Positions 62,479 through 64,000 of a DNA stretch of 64,000 nucleotides are shown here, piece after piece. The stretch is from Pelomyxa schiedti (taxonomy: Eukaryota > Protista > Evosea): NCBI GenBank assembly GCA_020536535.1, contig JAHLWZ010000693.1, positions 72,981 through 136,980 of the forward strand. The letters run 5' to 3'. The stretch's first letter is position 1, and every line of letters starts with the position of its first letter. Made by a program: the position numbers and the translations under genes. A model generated the notes under the pieces. The model had not been told where the DNA came from, ran no database searches, and saw only the letters and a list, made by a program, of their open reading frames with translations.

Positions 62479-63270
62479 TCAGAACCAGTGGACAGGGGAA
62501 AAGAAGGACAGGATGAAGTGGACATTGAATCGTGACAGCCTCCCAATGCTGCAATGTCCTGGTTGTGTTGCTGTCGACTTGGCTGATTCTGTGCACGTGT
62601 TTGCGCTGCGGAACCAACAAAGGAGCACGGTCTTGAGGATGAGAACCTTGAACCACCACGGGAACAGCTTGTGTTTCTGTGGGTCCCACGTCGGTGTGGT
62701 GTTGAAGAACCGCCACACACTCGGGTGGTGTGCATCAACGAACTCCCCATGGAGTTCCAGCGTGGTTCCGTCGTTCAGTGCAGATTCAGGAAAGGAAGCG
62801 CCATGGCACAGAAGCAATTCAGCAATGTCTCTGTACCCAAATGTAATGGCATCAACAATGCCCCTGTTCACACAACTGGAGAGACTGCTGAACAAGTCCA
62901 AAATTTCCCCAAACGCCATCCAATGTCGTCACCCAAACACCCCAAAAGGTGATCACCAGGTAATTTCGCCATTAAATTCCTAATGCTCCTGTCACAATCA
63001 CAGGCATGATCATCAATGAAGAAACGGCCCTCTGGAACATGTCGTTGCTTCCTTCGATGTTTTCCTCCACGAATTGAAGAACAGCCTGGTGCCCATTCGA
63101 AGGATCAACAGAGCACAACATGTTCAACGCTGAAAGAACGTTCTCAATGAACCACACAAGATTGACCAAGCTGGCTTCCTGCTGGGAAAACTTGCAACAA
63201 AACTGGAGGAGGCCGCTGATGATGCGAGCTGTGACATTGCTCTGCATGAGAAACGCAACAGAGTCCTTCG
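62479..63270 (-). CDS. Partial ankyrin protein related to 32982..35918, 5' end lost in the gap; possibly a pseudogene
   Basis: FIENVLSALNMLC (cf. FIVSVLTALTWMC), AELLLCHGA, TWDPQKHKLFPWWF..TVLLCW. No clean splice or frame join found between the two ORF pieces. Confidence 0.55.
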
Positions 63271-63370
63271 NNNNNNNNNNNNNNNNNNNNNNNNNNNNNN
63301 NNNNNNNNNNNNNNNNNNNNNNNNNNNNNNNNNNNNNNNNNNNNNNNNNNNNNNNNNNNNNNNNNNNNNN
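63271..63370. other. Scaffold gap (100 N)
   Basis: Run of n characters. Confidence 1.
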
Positions 63371-64000
63371 GAGATGAAATGAGCTCCTCAAATGGAAAAA
63401 GAGGCTACCTGCTCCGCAAGAAAGCGTAGCTTTCTCTCAAGCTCTTCACAATGTTTAACCTCAGTTACAAAAGTTCGTTGGAAGGAATTAACGGCTTGGT
63501 TCAGCTGGGAGGCAAATCAGAATGCCAAAAAGTACTATAGGTTGCGGCCGGCGCGCGAAAGTCAGTGGACATACATCTTTGAACTGCAAAGAACCCAGCT
63601 CGCCCAATTCATCAAGTGTGTCGTGTGCAGAGTCCTTTTGGATGAACAGCTGCACTTTTTGCATCGGCTGAGACCTCCATATTGATCCCATTCTTGAGTT
63701 TTACCTGAGAGTGTCACGCACAGCAACAACCAACATAGTCATAAAAACAGATATAAAAAAGACATAGGCGATTTGTTTAGACGATACTCTTAAAAGGAAG
63801 TACAAGGCGGAGGAAAAAAAGAAAAACAGGGCAAAGTGGTACAATGGTATGGTCGTATGCGTAATAAAAAAATACGATAATAATGTCGCGTGCATAAAGA
63901 ACAAAGGAAACTCACTCGAAGATCTGTGTAACGTAGAACCGGAGGGCCTAGGCGTGCCTCGAACCCGACAAAGAAAAAAAAAAATAGTTTTAATTTAGGT
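63371..64000 (-). repeat. Near-identical second copy of 44981..45586 (V-ATPase subunit a exons 1-2 and upstream region; ATG at 63691)
   Basis: Direct alignment by eye; same orientation; a few SNPs and small indels plus a 29-nt intronic insertion. Confidence 0.95.

Noticed and set aside
62260-62481. TGA readthrough or fusion joining the ankyrin ORF to the ACP
   Set aside because: The sequence after the TGA is in a different frame from the ACP, has no conserved motif or SECIS, and no convincing donor site lies before the stop.

Overview
Gene-dense eukaryotic genomic DNA with many short GT-AG introns (often about 40-90 nt, T-rich), very short intergenic spacers and GC-rich 5' exons. The gene content (integrin beta, APH-1, LKB1, UFSP2, ankyrin expansions) suggests an amoebozoan, possibly Pelomyxa-like, protist; this is inference only. 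About 30 protein-coding loci were reconstructed by hand across introns, so spans are approximate gene spans rather than exact exon maps. Main highlights: (1) an animal-type thioredoxin reductase ending Gly-Cys-UGA-Gly-UAA with a well-formed type II SECIS about 165 nt downstream, i.e. a selenoprotein that the ORF track truncates; (2) an integrin beta with its metal-site motifs intact, head-to-head with a giant CBM-like/LamG/LRR/EGF surface protein; (3) a WWE + F-box-like + Hint (autoprocessing) fusion; (4) an actinin-type CH-CH + UIM + vWA protein; (5) a stand-alone bacterial-like acyl carrier protein; (6) two ankyrin loci sharing a WxPxxHxxFP + F-box-like tail. After a 100-N gap the window ends with a slightly diverged second copy of the V-ATPase subunit a 5' region. 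No rRNA, tRNA, CRISPR array or recognisable transposase was seen.
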